Below, in pieces: positions 50,820-63,254 of a stretch of DNA of 64,000 bases. A model generated the notes under the pieces. It was not told the origin of the DNA. It saw only the letters and a list, made by a program, of their open reading frames with translations, and did no database searches. Source of the DNA: Vicugna vicugna (lineage: Eukaryota); the NCBI GenBank assembly GCA_013265495.1, contig MU058337.1, positions 3,838,880 through 3,902,879 of the forward strand, in the 5' to 3' direction. Numbering within the stretch: the stretch's first letter is position 1; the number at the start of each line of letters is the position of its first letter. The position numbers and the translations under genes were made by a program.

Positions 50820-51160
50820 AAGAGTAGGAGAGTGACAGATACCAAGGGAATAAAACAAGTGCAGGGACTCACGCAAAAACAAAGAGTGTGAAGCAAGATT
50901 TTTTTTTTTCAGGAAACCATATGTAGTGATAAACTTAAGCAAGAGAAGGATAAAGACAAAACTCAGCAGTGTGGTTACCTCTGGGGAAAGGCAGAAAGAT
51001 GTGATATGGAAAGAAAACTTAGGTAGATGCAACATCATTTTTTATTGTTTTAGGGCTTAAGTTGGTAGCAAGCTGAAAGGCATATAATCTATTATTAAGC
51101 TTTGTAAATAATGTATATGTTCATATACTGCTTTGCTGTTTCATATATTACATTAAACAT
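50820..51160 (+). mobile_element. Old L1 (L1MC/ME) 3' end
   Basis: gataaagacaaaactcagcagtgtggttacctctgggga..tatactgctttg..atattacatt. Confidence 0.65.
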
Positions 51161-51774
51161 TTAGAAAGACATTGGTCCAAGCCCAGAGCAGCAGGGCGGC
51201 CCAGGCACTCTCCATGCAACTAAGGTCCTAAGGAAGACCTTGCTGGTTCCTCCTTCCTCTGAACAAAGCACTGCTGTTCCACAGATGTGCTCTCTAATTG
51301 ATCACTGAGAGTTGAGTCTGTGCTCATACAAGGGAATGGCACGCCATGAAGCAACTCTTCTTTCTTATCAATAACTGCAGTTTGGGTACTCCCTTATGGA
51401 TAAATGATGAAATGCCCCTCTGGCCTTCCACCCTCCTACACTCTGCTCCATTCTCCAGGCATGCAAATGCAATTTTTACCAGTCAATCAGCGAGGGAAGG
51501 AATGCCAGCGTGTTTGATTGGGCCTTTGTCAATACAATGCTGAATAGGAAAAATGGTCATTTTACTGTACCAGCTGGTAACATTTTAAAAATAAAGTAAA
51601 ACAAACAATACTCACTCACTTAAAGCCAGAATATGTTACATTCTTTCCCCTGCATAGGAAATTGGAAAGCTTTCCCTTTCAGCACTACAGCAATATTGCA
51701 CTTAATTCAATGTTTGGCCACTGTCTGCCTTCTCCAGGAGACTGTAAGTTTTATGAGGGCAGCTGTGTCAGTTC

Positions 51775-52168
51775 AGGCATTTCTCCAGTGAAGACATACA
51801 GATGGCCAACAAGCACATGAAAAGATGCTCGACATTGCTAATTGTCAGAGAAATGCAAATCAAAACTACCAAGAGGTATCACCTCACACTGGTTAGAATG
51901 GCCATCATTAAAGTATACAAATGATGTGTGGAGGAAAGGGGACCCTCCTACGCTGTTGGTGGGAATGTAAATTGGTGCAGCCACTACGGAAAACAGTAAA
52001 AAACTTTAAAAAGTTACCTTAAAATACTAAAAATAGTTACCACATGAACCAGCAATCCCACTCCTGAGCATATATCCTGAGAAAACTCTAATACAAGAAA
52101 GATACGTGCACCCCAGTGTTCACAGTAGTGCTGTTGACAATAGCCAAGCCATGGACGCAACCTAGTTT
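51775..52168 (+). mobile_element. L1 ORF2 C-terminal fragment without 3'UTR or poly-A
   Basis: catttctccagtgaagacatacagatggccaacaagcacatgaaaagatgctc..ccagcaatcccactcctg..caatagccaag. Confidence 0.95.
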
Positions 52169-52281
52169 CCGTTAATGGCAAGCAAAGCACCAGCATGCAC
52201 AGGTTTTACATCAAATCTAAAAGATAAATTTAGCTGATGTGCTTTCCAGTTAAACATTAGCTTTAACATGGACTGTGAGAC
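52162..52281 (+). repeat. 120-bp copy of 4364-4483 at the junction between two L1 fragments
   Basis: Ungapped 112/120 identity to 4364-4483. Confidence 0.95.
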
Positions 52282-52709
52282 TCTTAACATTTTGAGTTTA
52301 TTTTTGTGTATGGTATGAGGGAATGTTCTAACTTCATTGATTTATATGGAGCTGGCCAGTTTTCCCAACACCACTTGCTGAAGAAACTGTCTTTTCTCCA
52401 TTATATAGTCTTGCCTCCTTTGTTGAAGACTAATTGACCATAGGGGTGTGGGTTTATTTCTGGGCTCGCTGTTCTGTTCCATTGATCCACATGTCTGTTT
52501 TTGTGCCAGTACCACCCTGTTTTGATTACTATAGCTCTGTAGTAATGTCTGAAATCGGGGAGGGTTATGCCTCCAGTTTTGGTTTTTTCCCTTAAGGTTA
52601 CCTTGGCAATTCTGGTCTTTTATGGTTCCATATAAATTTTAGGATTATTCTAGTACTGTGAAAACAATGTCGTGAGTAATTTGATAGGGATCACATTAAA
52701 TCTGTGGAT
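52282..52709 (-). mobile_element. L1 ORF2 fragment, inverted, from upstream of the 51775-52168 segment in L1 coordinates
   Basis: cattttgagtttatttttgtgtatgg..ccagttttcccaacaccacttgctgaaga..ggttccatataaattttagga..ttgatagggatcacattaaatctgt. Confidence 0.95.
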
Positions 52710-53557
52710 AAAAGCAATCTAGTTTTAATTGTTTAAAATAATAGTCTATACCTGACCAATAAGTATCTTTCATCTACTTTGCACAGGTTCTAAAGCATTA
52801 GATACATACTTGTTATGTATTTGAGTGCCATATTTTGTTTTTAAATATCTATCCATAATGGGAAGAGATTGCTGCATAATTATAAAAGAAAAATCTTTTT
52901 TTGTGTGTCAGTTAAGATAATAATCATTCCTTTTGTACCCACAGCAAATAACTATAGACACAAGCTAGATTTTCCCAAGAAATATTGACAGTTATGTATG
53001 GATAATATACAGGTGTAAACACCTAATACAAAGTAAGACAATATGGAGGAAATGATGAAAATTCATAGAAAAAAATAATTGAGTGCCAAATAATTTCAAT
53101 ATTGTGAGGTGGAAGTGAGAACATAGCAAAGGTACCTGCCTGCCAAGAGAGTGGATTTAGGAACTGAGTGTCAGGAGCACAGGGCTAGAGGGGGAGCTCG
53201 ATGGTATTCTCAGGAGGCCTCTTCATCGGGAGGGTGTTAAGAAAAAGGATGATTAGGAGGAAAAGTGAGAGAAAGCCCCACAACCATTTCAGAAAATCGG
53301 TCCTTAATCCAGAATTCAACAAACAAGGGCCTCACTCGTGATCAGGTTAAACCAGGAGAAACAGCAAACAAAGGAACAGGATAGTCAGGTATCTAGGTGC
53401 ACCCTAAGAGTGACCCACTCTCTGTGAGAAGAGCTGGTGAGAAAATCGGCCAATAGCCTTTCAAAGATAATAATCCTTCACCTCCTCTCAGTCGTTCCAC
53501 TAGAATCATCTATATTTTGTGAGGCTTAACAAAGTTGAACATTTAAAACTAAATCTG

Positions 53558-53855
53558 ACAAGTCACAAATGTTCATGTATTGCATGACTCTGTATGAAAC
53601 GTCCAGAATAGGCAAATCCACAGAGAGAGAAAATGGATTAGTGGTGCCTAGGGCTGGTGGGGAGGGGGATTGAGAGAGAACGTGGGGTGACTGCTAATGG
53701 GGACAGGGATTCTTTTGGGGGGTGGTATTGTTTAAAACTGATTGCGGTGATGATTGTACAACTCTGTGAATTCACTAAAAGCCATTGAATTATTCACTTT
53801 AAATGGATGATTTGTAGAGTATATGAATAAAACTCAGTGAAATTGTTTAAAAAAT
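53558..53855 (+). mobile_element. L1MB-type 3' end
   Basis: tatgaaacgtccagaataggcaaatccacagag..gtgactgctaatggg..tgtacaactctgtgaattcactaaaagccattgaatt. Confidence 0.9.
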
Positions 53856-53887
53856 ACCCTAAGCCTAAGAGTTCAAAACCAAATTGA

Positions 53888-54001
53888 GTGCTCACTTCAG
53901 CAGCACATATATATACTAAAATTGGAATGACACAGGAAAGATTAGCATGACCCCTGTGCAAGGATGACATGCAAATTCGTGGAGCATTCCATATTTTTTT
54001 T
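53888..54001 (+). pseudogene. RNU6: Full-length U6 snRNA retropseudogene (5' part of a U6/L1 chimera)
   Basis: gtgctcacttcagcagcacatatatatactaaaattggaatgacacaggaaagattagcatgacccctgtgcaaggatgacatgcaaattcgtggagcattccata(T)8; six CpGs decayed, 4-nt insertion, ACAGAGA box changed to ACAGGAA. Confidence 0.96.
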
Positions 54002-54214
54002 GAGATTTGCAAATATTAACTACTGTATATAAAATAGGTAAACAGTAAGTGTTTTCTGTATAGCACAGGGAACTATATTCAATATCTTGTAGTAGCCTAT
54101 AATGAAAAAGAATATGAAAATGAATGTATGTATGTATATGTGACTGAAACATTATGCTGTACACTAGAAATTGACACAACATTGTAAACTGACTATACTT
54201 CAATTAAAAAAAAA
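54002..54214 (+). mobile_element. Younger artiodactyl-type L1 3' end with poly-A, fused to U6
   Basis: ctgtatagcacagggaactatattcaatatcttgtag..tgctgtacactagaaattgacacaacattgtaaactgactatacttcaatt(A)9. Confidence 0.95.
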
Positions 54215-54535
54215 TTAAAAACCACATAAAGAGTGTCATTCATATCTCACAGCATATAGAAATCTTTTCTTAGAGGATTATTTTTAAAGTTCCTTATAGA
54301 AGCATATTAATTTAATAGGAATTGGATATCTACTTATTGTCCATCTCTACTAGAGAAAGAGCAAGGACAATCAGGTTTAAAAAATAAACTTTAAGAAAGA
54401 GAATTAACAGATGATTTTTACAATTCAATTTGGAATTCTAGAAAGGCTATGATACACTTTCTCAACAAGGATTTTAAAGATTGAGCAGATATCCACATCT
54501 CATGATGATTTGAACAAAGCCCTGTATAAAGATCA

Positions 54536-55000
54536 GAGTAATAGTTAATTTTATGTGTCTGCTTAGCTTATGCCGTGATGCCCAGTATCTTGGCCAAATC
54601 CAAGTTTAGATGTTGCTGTGAAGGCATTTTTCTAGACATGATTGGCATTTAACTCTATACACTTTGAGTAAAGCAGATTACCCTCCACAAGGTGAGTGGC
54701 CTTGTCCAATCAGTTGAAGGCTTTAAGAAAAAGAGGAACGTTCCTAGACGTAAAAGGAATTCTTCTCAAAACTACATCATAGAAGCCCTGCCCGAGTTTG
54801 TGTCTAATGCCCTGAGGAATTCTGAGTCAAGATGCATGTACCTACTGTTCCTTGAATTTCCAGCCTGCCCCACAAATTTACTATTGATCAGCACCCATAG
54901 TCACATGAGCAAATTCGTTAAAATTCTCTCTCCATCTCTCTCTCTCCTTTGCTATCTGTCTGTATCTTCATCTCTTTTTCTTGAGAATGCTGATTGATAT
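54536..55000 (+). mobile_element. ERVL solo LTR (MLT2-like)
   Basis: gttaattttatgtgtc..tagatgttgctgtgaagg..ctttgagtaaagcagattaccctcca..ccaatcagttgaagg. Confidence 0.88.
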
Positions 55001-57689
55001 AACCAGCATCAGAAGTTGCCTCTTATTCATTCCTGATGAAACAACGTAATAATCAACCCAAAAATGTGAAAATTCTGCTGCACAAAGAGCTATTTAGGTT
55101 TCAAATGTTCAGTGCCCAAGCTTAATTGATCCCAGTGGTGACTAGGCTAATATCTTTACAACACAGATGAGCCCAGAAACCACAAAGCCTATGTATGCAT
55201 GTCTTGTGACACACTCCTCTCTTTTCTCAAAAGATGGCACATGTGACTGCCCACCGACACATTGCTGGGGGCAGCTTCTACGTGAGGAGGAGACAGAAGA
55301 AAAGAATGATGTGTGTGATGTATCTGCGATATTTATGCACATCATACAGCTTACATGCACAAGGCATTATGTAGAGGTGAAAATGAAAGTGTGATTCCCT
55401 GGATTTCTTCTTTTTTACTACACACAGTGTTTGGAATTGTGTAAATAATGTACATGCCAAGGAGAATATCCAGTGTAATGATTTCAAAGGGACAATCTTT
55501 TCAGAATTCACTTTATTGTTTTCATCAGTGATAGAGGCCTTGGATAAGAATCCTACTCTTGAATTCCCTGGTATTGCAGCACTGTGGACTGGGCTTTTAG
55601 TCATTAAGAATCTATAGTACCTTGAGGAATAAAGGAGACTTTATTTTTATTAGGCAATCTTGTGCAAGCTTTATTTCTCAAAGCTATGGACATGCCGCCA
55701 GTAATGGAGCAAAACGGGGGGGGCGGGAAGCATTTAGCAGAAGAACCCAGACATCACTAAATATTAAGCAAAGCAGGGAGAGAATTAGATTGGACAAATG
55801 ATTAGGAGGAGATAAGTGACAGCTCAGCTGTAAGTTTCCATTTTGGTTTCTATGATTTTGTTTTTCTGTAAAAGGAAAAGGGATGGGAATAACAATTGAG
55901 AAACTTGAGGAGAATCACTGGTGGAGATTTCTGGAATGAAGAGGTATCAATTTTCTTCTTTGGGTAATTACACTGCTTCTTTTTACTACAGAGAGGAGGG
56001 TGTTTCTTCTCCTATAATGACAGGAGAAGATGATGACAGACGATGTAAGGACCTCACAAGCTGAAGAGGGTCCCAAAGTTTTGGGAGGAGTTGGCAAGGA
56101 CTAGTTCTACTCCATCAAAGCAGGAGCCACCCAACTCCAAAACAGAGCAGTTCAGTGAGCTCCCCCAAGACAGAACTTTAGTCAATCAAGAACCATTATT
56201 TTACTTATTTCACCTAAGATCCTATAGATTTCTGATCATTGTGAATTAAGATAGAAAAGTGTTATTTACTTGAGTTTACAAGTGTACCACAGTTATCCTC
56301 AAATGTGACTCATCATATGTGATAATAATAAAAATGAAATCAAAGCACAGAAGTGATAAGAGATAAGTGCTCCTGACTCAGATCCCAAGTCATTTCAGAG
56401 TTTATAGAGGAATTCTTGCATCATGACCTTTGTCACATGATGACAGATAAAGACCCTTTGTGATCTATTGGCAATCCTTGAAAATGTTCACTGACAAATC
56501 GTTACGGATTCAGATGGTCATTAGGAGAGTTTGAACCCATAAATCATGCTTTCTTGAGAATTATATCAACTTCTGTTCCTCAGTTTTGTATATTTGAAAA
56601 CAATAAAAAAATGTTTTTCTTCTGTTAAAAAATCAGAGATCTGTAACAGGAAGGAAAAACTATCATTACAAAGAAAGAACAAAAGAAAAGGAAAAGGAAG
56701 AAGGGAGGAAAAAAGAGGAGGAGAGGGGATGGAATGGAATGAAGTGAGTAGGCTGTCTTGCTTCTAAGAGAGGAGACACATTCAGAAGGCAAAAGTCTTG
56801 TTCAATGAAGGCAATACTGGACAGACTGATATGATGTAGGGCTTTCTGTTGAGAATATTTCAACATCATTTGGAATTATCTTTTGTTTTGTTACATAGGA
56901 AATGAGTTTTAAATTAAAACTTGATTACAAACCTGGCAAGTTAGTGTTTCCAAACAACTGTGCCTTCCTGGTCAACAAAGAAAAGGTTCACTTAAAAAGA
57001 AATGACACCATCATCTCATTCAAGGTAACTGACTGGAAAGAAGTGTTTTCTGTTTCTCCAACCACAAACAATTCAATGAAAAAACCAAATTGTATAAGAA
57101 ATAAACATAAAAGTAAATACATTAGAATGTTGAAAAACAGGACTATTCTACCAGCAGATCTCAAAGTAAATAGTTTTTGAAGGGCGTAAAACAAATGGAA
57201 ACAGAATGAGAGTGAAATTCAAGTCAACTGAAGAATCTACAAACTGCATAGAAGCAACAGAGATGATGTCAAAGAAAAAACAAAAAAAAGGATTTTCTGA
57301 GCAAAACCTTGGACTGATCCCAAAAACTGGCATAATGGAGCTACAGGGAGTGGGTCCTCCTTGCAGTGAAGTGGTGGTTAATTAAAGGATGTGACCTGTA
57401 TGCCAATACTACCACTCACTGCATTCATAATCCTGATTTTCTCTAAACGGAACACCAAAGCCAATGTATGGAGGAACTTACTGCAATTTGCAGGGGTGGG
57501 AACCACCTTCTCCAGAAAACAAACAAGGAAGAAACTTTACTTGGTCACAAGCCCCATAAATTTCCTGAGCAATCACAAGAAACAAACTGCTGTAATCCAA
57601 AGTGGCTTTAAATGCCAGGCAAATCTAATTATCATTTAGCCTGAGAAAATACACTCCCAGTTATTAATTTTGTTTAAACCAGATTCTCA

Positions 57690-59580
57690 TTTAAAATGTG
57701 ATCAAAACAAGAAAGACATTGAAAACTCAATATATAACAGATCTAAAAATTAAAATATAAAGGAACAGAAGAAAACTTCAGCATGATTATAATTAATATC
57801 CTCAGAGAGATTTCAAAGAACATTAAAAAAAAAAAGCCCACACTAAAAGCAAGTTGCTATGGAAAGAGAAAATTCAGAGTTCTTTTGGTTTTATAAAATA
57901 CAAGTAACAGTATATAAAGTAGGTAGACAGAAAAGTAACTCAGAACTGATAATTAAACACTAAAGTAGAAGCAGAATCATACGATAAAGGCAGATTAATA
58001 GTAAGAACAGCAAGAACAACAAGAACAAAAATGACACTGTCTTCAAGGAGGAAAAATAATGCTGAACCCTCAGTTCTTCATAAGAAAAAAGAAGGAAGTG
58101 TAATTCAAAAGAAAATGGAATAATTTATTTAAAGTTCAGGAAAAAAATGCCTTCCTTGATTCACATACCTTTGAAAATATCTATCAGAAATAAAGTCAAT
58201 AAAGATGTTTGCTGTGGATGAATTTTCTCAGTTTTGTCTGCAAATCACATTTAAAAATGTACTAAAAAAAGTTTCCATGCACAAGGACTGTGACCTCAGA
58301 GTGAAACCTAAAAATAAAGGAAAAAATAAGAATAAATAGTAAGTCACAGGTTAATATGTGGAAAAATTAGAGTATTAATTATATAAAATAGCAAAAATAA
58401 TTTGGGGTTTAAGATTTTAGAAGTAAAGTACATAAAAAATAAAAAAGAGGGGTTAAATGGATTTAAACTTTTCTAAGTTTCATTGTTTTGGAAGTGGCTA
58501 ATGTATTAATCTATATTAGACATTAATGATCAAGATTATTGTTGTCAACTCTAGGGTAACTACTAAAAAATAGTGAAAGAATATGTATCTAACTATCTCA
58601 TAGAGAAAAATTAAAATGAAAAAGAAGAAATTTTGATTAAACTAAAAAAAGGCAAGAACAGGAATAAACATTAATAGACAACATGTGAGAAAAATAAATA
58701 ATAAAATGGTAAATTTAAATCCAAACATATCAGGAACCACATTAAACTGTTAAAAGTATTAAAAGATTATCAGACTATATACAAAGCAAATTTTCATGAT
58801 ACACTGCACACAAAAAAAATCAGGCCTTTAATTTAAGGGTACAGAAAATTTAAAGTAGAAAGATAAGAAAATAGATACCATGCATTCAGCAGAGGAAAGC
58901 TAATATAGTTATGCTAACATCAAATTAAACTTTAAGGCAAGAAACATTACTAAAAATAAAGAAGAAATAATAATAATAATAATAATTTAAAAAGTGTCAA
59001 TCAAGCAAGAAAATAAAAAATTTCTAAATGCCCAAGCTACTAGTTACATAGGTTTGAAATATTTAAAGTAATGGTTGAAAGAAGTAAAAGGAAAAGCAGA
59101 GAATTCCATTATCATACTGGGATATTTTAATATACTTCTATGAGTAACTGCTAGCAAGCCAAGCAAAAAACAATTCCATAAGGATATAGAATACTTAAAA
59201 TGATTAATCCAGTTGACTTCCATGGAACACTGCACACAGCAAGTGCATTCTGCTCATAATTTCCAGGTGCAGGTGAAATATATACCAAAATTAAACATAT
59301 TCAAGGCCATAAAGCTGGTCTCAACAAAGTTTAGAAAATTGAAATAACACACAGAATATATTTGGACAATAGTGGAATTAAGCTAAGAATCAATTTAAAA
59401 AAAAAGAAAAAAGAAATATGTTAGAAATCAAGTAGTGCTTTTCTAAATATGAATCAAATAGGACATGATAAAAATTACAAAAAAATTTTAACTGAATGAT
59501 AATGAAAAGAACAGGTCATAAGTGGAAGACATAAAACTCATATATAGTTTTAAATTAATATATTAGGGAAAAAACAGCTT
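57690..59580 (+). mobile_element. Old L1M remnant spanning ORF1 end, spacer and ORF2 endonuclease region
   Basis: Very A-rich; gataccatgca..gaaagct, aactttaaggcaagaaacattac, atactgggatattttaata (GDFN-like), ggccataaagctggtctcaacaaa. Confidence 0.8.
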
Positions 59581-62014
59581 TCCAGTCTCAGGTCTATTTG
59601 CACAAGATGACTAATTTTATAAAAAGAAGACAATCTTAACCCTCAAATCTATCTGGTCTTTTTGGACTTTCTGGTTGATATGGGTGGGGATCTGGAGAAG
59701 AGAGTGGTATTACTGGAAAACATATTTTGTTTTATTTTAATCCAGAGAGAATGTTTGCTATTTTATGCTTTCTCGATGAATAGTCTCATTCTTACCATTA
59801 TGACAATTGAGAAGACTTAACCAAAAGAAGTCTTCTTTGTTTTGGTTTGTTTTTCGCTTGTCTCTTGTGAGTTACCCTTCTTCACTAACACCTGGTTTTG
59901 TTGAGACAGAGGGCCTGACAACACATTTCTGGTCCTGCTCTTCAAAGTGGCTGGCCACGAGGATTCCAACCCCACATTCCCAGAAAGGAATATCCAACGA
60001 AGGGGATGCATTTTGCCATTCTCGTGGTCCTCACAGAACAAGAAAAAAATCCTCACTTTATTCCTCTTAGATGTTTTCTTCTTTGGTGTGCTGTAAGACT
60101 TGATCCTTGTCTTGGCATCACAACAGTGTGTCTCTGCAAAGGGTGAAGAGGGAGTTGCTTCTGAAGGTCAGGGTCAAAGACCTGGTCTGCTGATCAGCTG
60201 ATCAGGATGAGTTTTTTCCTTATCTTGAACTTCCCTCTTAGCTTTTTGAAAATATTTGTATTCTCTGATCGATTCACTTACAGGTGGAGGGAGAGGACAG
60301 GGGCTTAACCCATGGGAGCAGAAGGGCAGGAGGCAGAAAGACTTCCAACCAAAGTGCACAACAACACACCCCAATACAGTGTTTAAAACATTTATTAGTC
60401 ATAGAAAACTTTAAAAATCTGAACAATATTATTTTTCCTGTCCCTAGGGAAAAACATTGCACTCACACAAATACAAATATTACAAACAACTTCAAGGCAT
60501 TTCTAGAATGCCTCATGTCCACGTCCGAAAATTGATTTCTGGACCTCTGGCTTTAATACTCATTAAAAAAAAAAAAGAGGCGATGGCAGGGTTGGGGGAG
60601 AAGGAGAAGATTAAAACTATCATAAGAAAGTGAGTAGAAATAGATATTTTTTATTATATCAACCCACTTAAATTAAGCTCAGATTTTTCAATATCTTCCC
60701 AGACTCAGCACCGAGCACTTAATGCCATGAATTGTTCTTCCTCCACTTAAAGAACTGTCATCAACAATGCCTTTCTTTTTTCCTTTGTAGCCTATTCACT
60801 GAAGCAAGACAGTGAAACGAGAAAGGTAAAAAGAAATCTCATCGCATTTAAGATCATGCACTTGATAAAACTGTTTTCTTAACCAGACAAAGTGTGAAAT
60901 TCTTTTCATGGTTTTTAGTTTAAGTAATTTGATCAGATCACCATTCAGCATGTCACCCAGAGCTGCTCCATTACACTGAGTGCTTCCCCAAAAATGTTTC
61001 TTCCCATCCAGCTTCTTCTCCACTGATGGAACAAGCAGATTAACAGGATTAGGTGCCTTTCATTTGTTCCTTTTTATTTGGCAAGACTCTATTACTCATA
61101 TGCTGGGGAAAGCTTTCTGTTAGATTTTTTAAATGTTTTCTTTTACTGTTCTATTTTTGAAAGCTTCAGATTTTTTCCCTACCCACCTCCACCCCTTTGT
61201 GAAAGTCTATATATCTCAGTAATACAAAAGATAATCTGTAAAATTTTTTCACCTCTAACTTGGTTAATGCTCAAGAAAACACCATCTGATTATATTTATT
61301 AGCATTTGCTTTCATTCTGTAATATGGGGAACAACAGACCTTAGGATTATGTCCTCTGAAAGATGCATCTTTAATCAAGAAAGTGTATTATTTTCCTCTG
61401 ATTCAGGATTTTCCACTTCAAGTCCAAAAGATAGTTGGATTAAGCTCTTGATTTGGAGAGAAGAGAAGAAAATAGAGAGGGAATAAAAAGAAACAAACAA
61501 AAATAAACAAAATGATTAAGTAAGTAGCTGCTATGTTTCAAAGGATACATGAGAAAATGTCATTCTTCTTCATTTTATCTTCTTGTCAATTCTGATACAG
61601 GGATTTGTAATCCAATTCTACATTTATTAGCCTATTAGCAAACTAGCCATTGATGGCATCCTTGCTAAGATTCAGGGGGCTCATAGCTCCCTCTCCATTA
61701 CCATGGTACTGGTACCCTGCTCTCCTTCACTCCATCCCCTCCTTGGGCCCAGCTTGTAGCCAGAGAGCATCTTGGGGAACTTAGCTCACCCCTCCCTGTT
61801 GAGTTGACAACCTCCGGGCAATTTAAGGATGAAATCTGAATCTGATTCAGCTGCTGGGGCCCTCCTTGAGAATGGGACTCCCCACTCAGAATCCCCACTT
61901 TGGATTCTGACTCCTGGCATCCAAAGTTGTGAAACACTCCAACCTGTGAAAACACCCTGTAACCTTTAGACTTCACTTTGTCACATCCTTCGACTGTCCC
62001 TCAGCTCCCTGTTG

Positions 62015-62140
62015 TCTTTTGTATTTCTCTTCCAAGCTGGAATGTTTTTTGAGTGGAAGAATGCATCTTCAATGATTACATGAAGACAGCAGACATAAAT
62101 TGTGACTGTCCCACACAGACTCGGACCCATCATTGTCCTA
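62015..62140. mobile_element. MER94-like (hAT-Blackjack) remnant
   Basis: aatgattacatgaagacagcagacataaattgtgactgtccc..tgtccta. Confidence 0.55.
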
Positions 62141-62872
62141 GAGCCATACTGCTTTCCGTACAGCTGACTGACTTTGGTCAGTAATAATCTTTGGGCCCCT
62201 GGGTTCAGAATGTTTTCTTCTGGAGAATGCCGCTTGCCATTATTGAACGCCCCAAGGCACTGCCACCCTATAAGTCATTTATATTAATTCTTGGCTTGGT
62301 GTTTCCTAAGTCATGCAATTATGGTAATTATCCAAAGAAGGAAGAAATGTTCATTAAAGTGTTCATTTTCCACTTGGTGCCAAGACTAAGGCAGACATGT
62401 TTTCTTATAATCTCCCTTTTCCAAAGGTCATTTCTTCTTTTCCTAGTCTGCCTTTCCCTCAGTATGTAACCCATCTCTAAGGAGGGAAATTCAAGTTCTT
62501 ACCTTCATCTTCTACATGGTCAAGGCCTTGTCTTCTATCCCTGGGCAGCCAGTCCAGGACAGCTAAAGCATCAAAGCTTGCTTAACACTCTGGGAGTATC
62601 TTGTATTGCATTTATGTATTTACACACTTGCTTGCTCACATACTTAGGGAACTTCCGTATGTACTTAAAATTATGTTTCTATGTTTTATCCAGTATTTCT
62701 AGATACTCAGTATGAAAAGTGTATTCAAAACATTTAGTCTTACCATATGGTTATAATCAGAACTCTGAAATATAATGTTTGTCATAGAGTCAGTTCTCTA
62801 CTTTCTAGAAATTTCCTTTACCCTTCCAGATCTTTAACATGGGAAATCATCAAAATCTAGAAGGGAAGACTT

Positions 62873-63254
62873 TTTTTTAAAACATTTTTTTACATATCTT
62901 AAAGGCTTTTTTTTATTTTTAACTTTATTTTGAAAAGATGTCAAACTTACAGAAAAGTTGCAAAAACAATTGAGTGAATTCCCAAATACTCATCAAGATT
63001 CACCACTTGTTCTTATTTTTGCTCTGTGTGCTTTATCACTCTCTATACCATATATTCTATTATTCTTTTTAATAAACGATTTGAGAGCAAATTGTAGACT
63101 TTTACCCCTAAATATTTTCATCTTCACTGCTAACAGTAGACATCCTCTTAAAAAATCACAGTACAGTTATTAAATTCAGAAAGTTTAACATTGTTAAGTT
63201 ATTGTTATCTAATCTGTGGTTCATATTCAAATTTCACTAATTGTCCCAATAAAG
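62873..63254 (-). mobile_element. L1MC4/5-like 3' end flanked by a perfect 16-bp direct repeat
   Basis: aactttattttgaaa..tcaaacttacagaaaagttgcaa..ttacccctaaata..ttcaaatttcactaattgtcccaataa; ctagaagggaagactt at 62857-62872 and 63255-63270. Confidence 0.85.

Noticed and set aside
51775..52709. Ordinary twin-priming 5'-inverted L1
   Set aside because: The fragments converge, there is no 3'UTR, poly-A or TSD, and foreign sequence lies at the junction.
53888..54001. Functional U6 gene
   Set aside because: ACAGAGA box mutated, CpGs decayed, upstream sequence is an L1MB tail rather than a PSE/TATA promoter, and it is fused to an L1 tail.
53794..54203. Minus-strand ORFs resembling database hypothetical proteins
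   Set aside because: Antisense translations of the U6 pseudogene and the L1 3'UTR.
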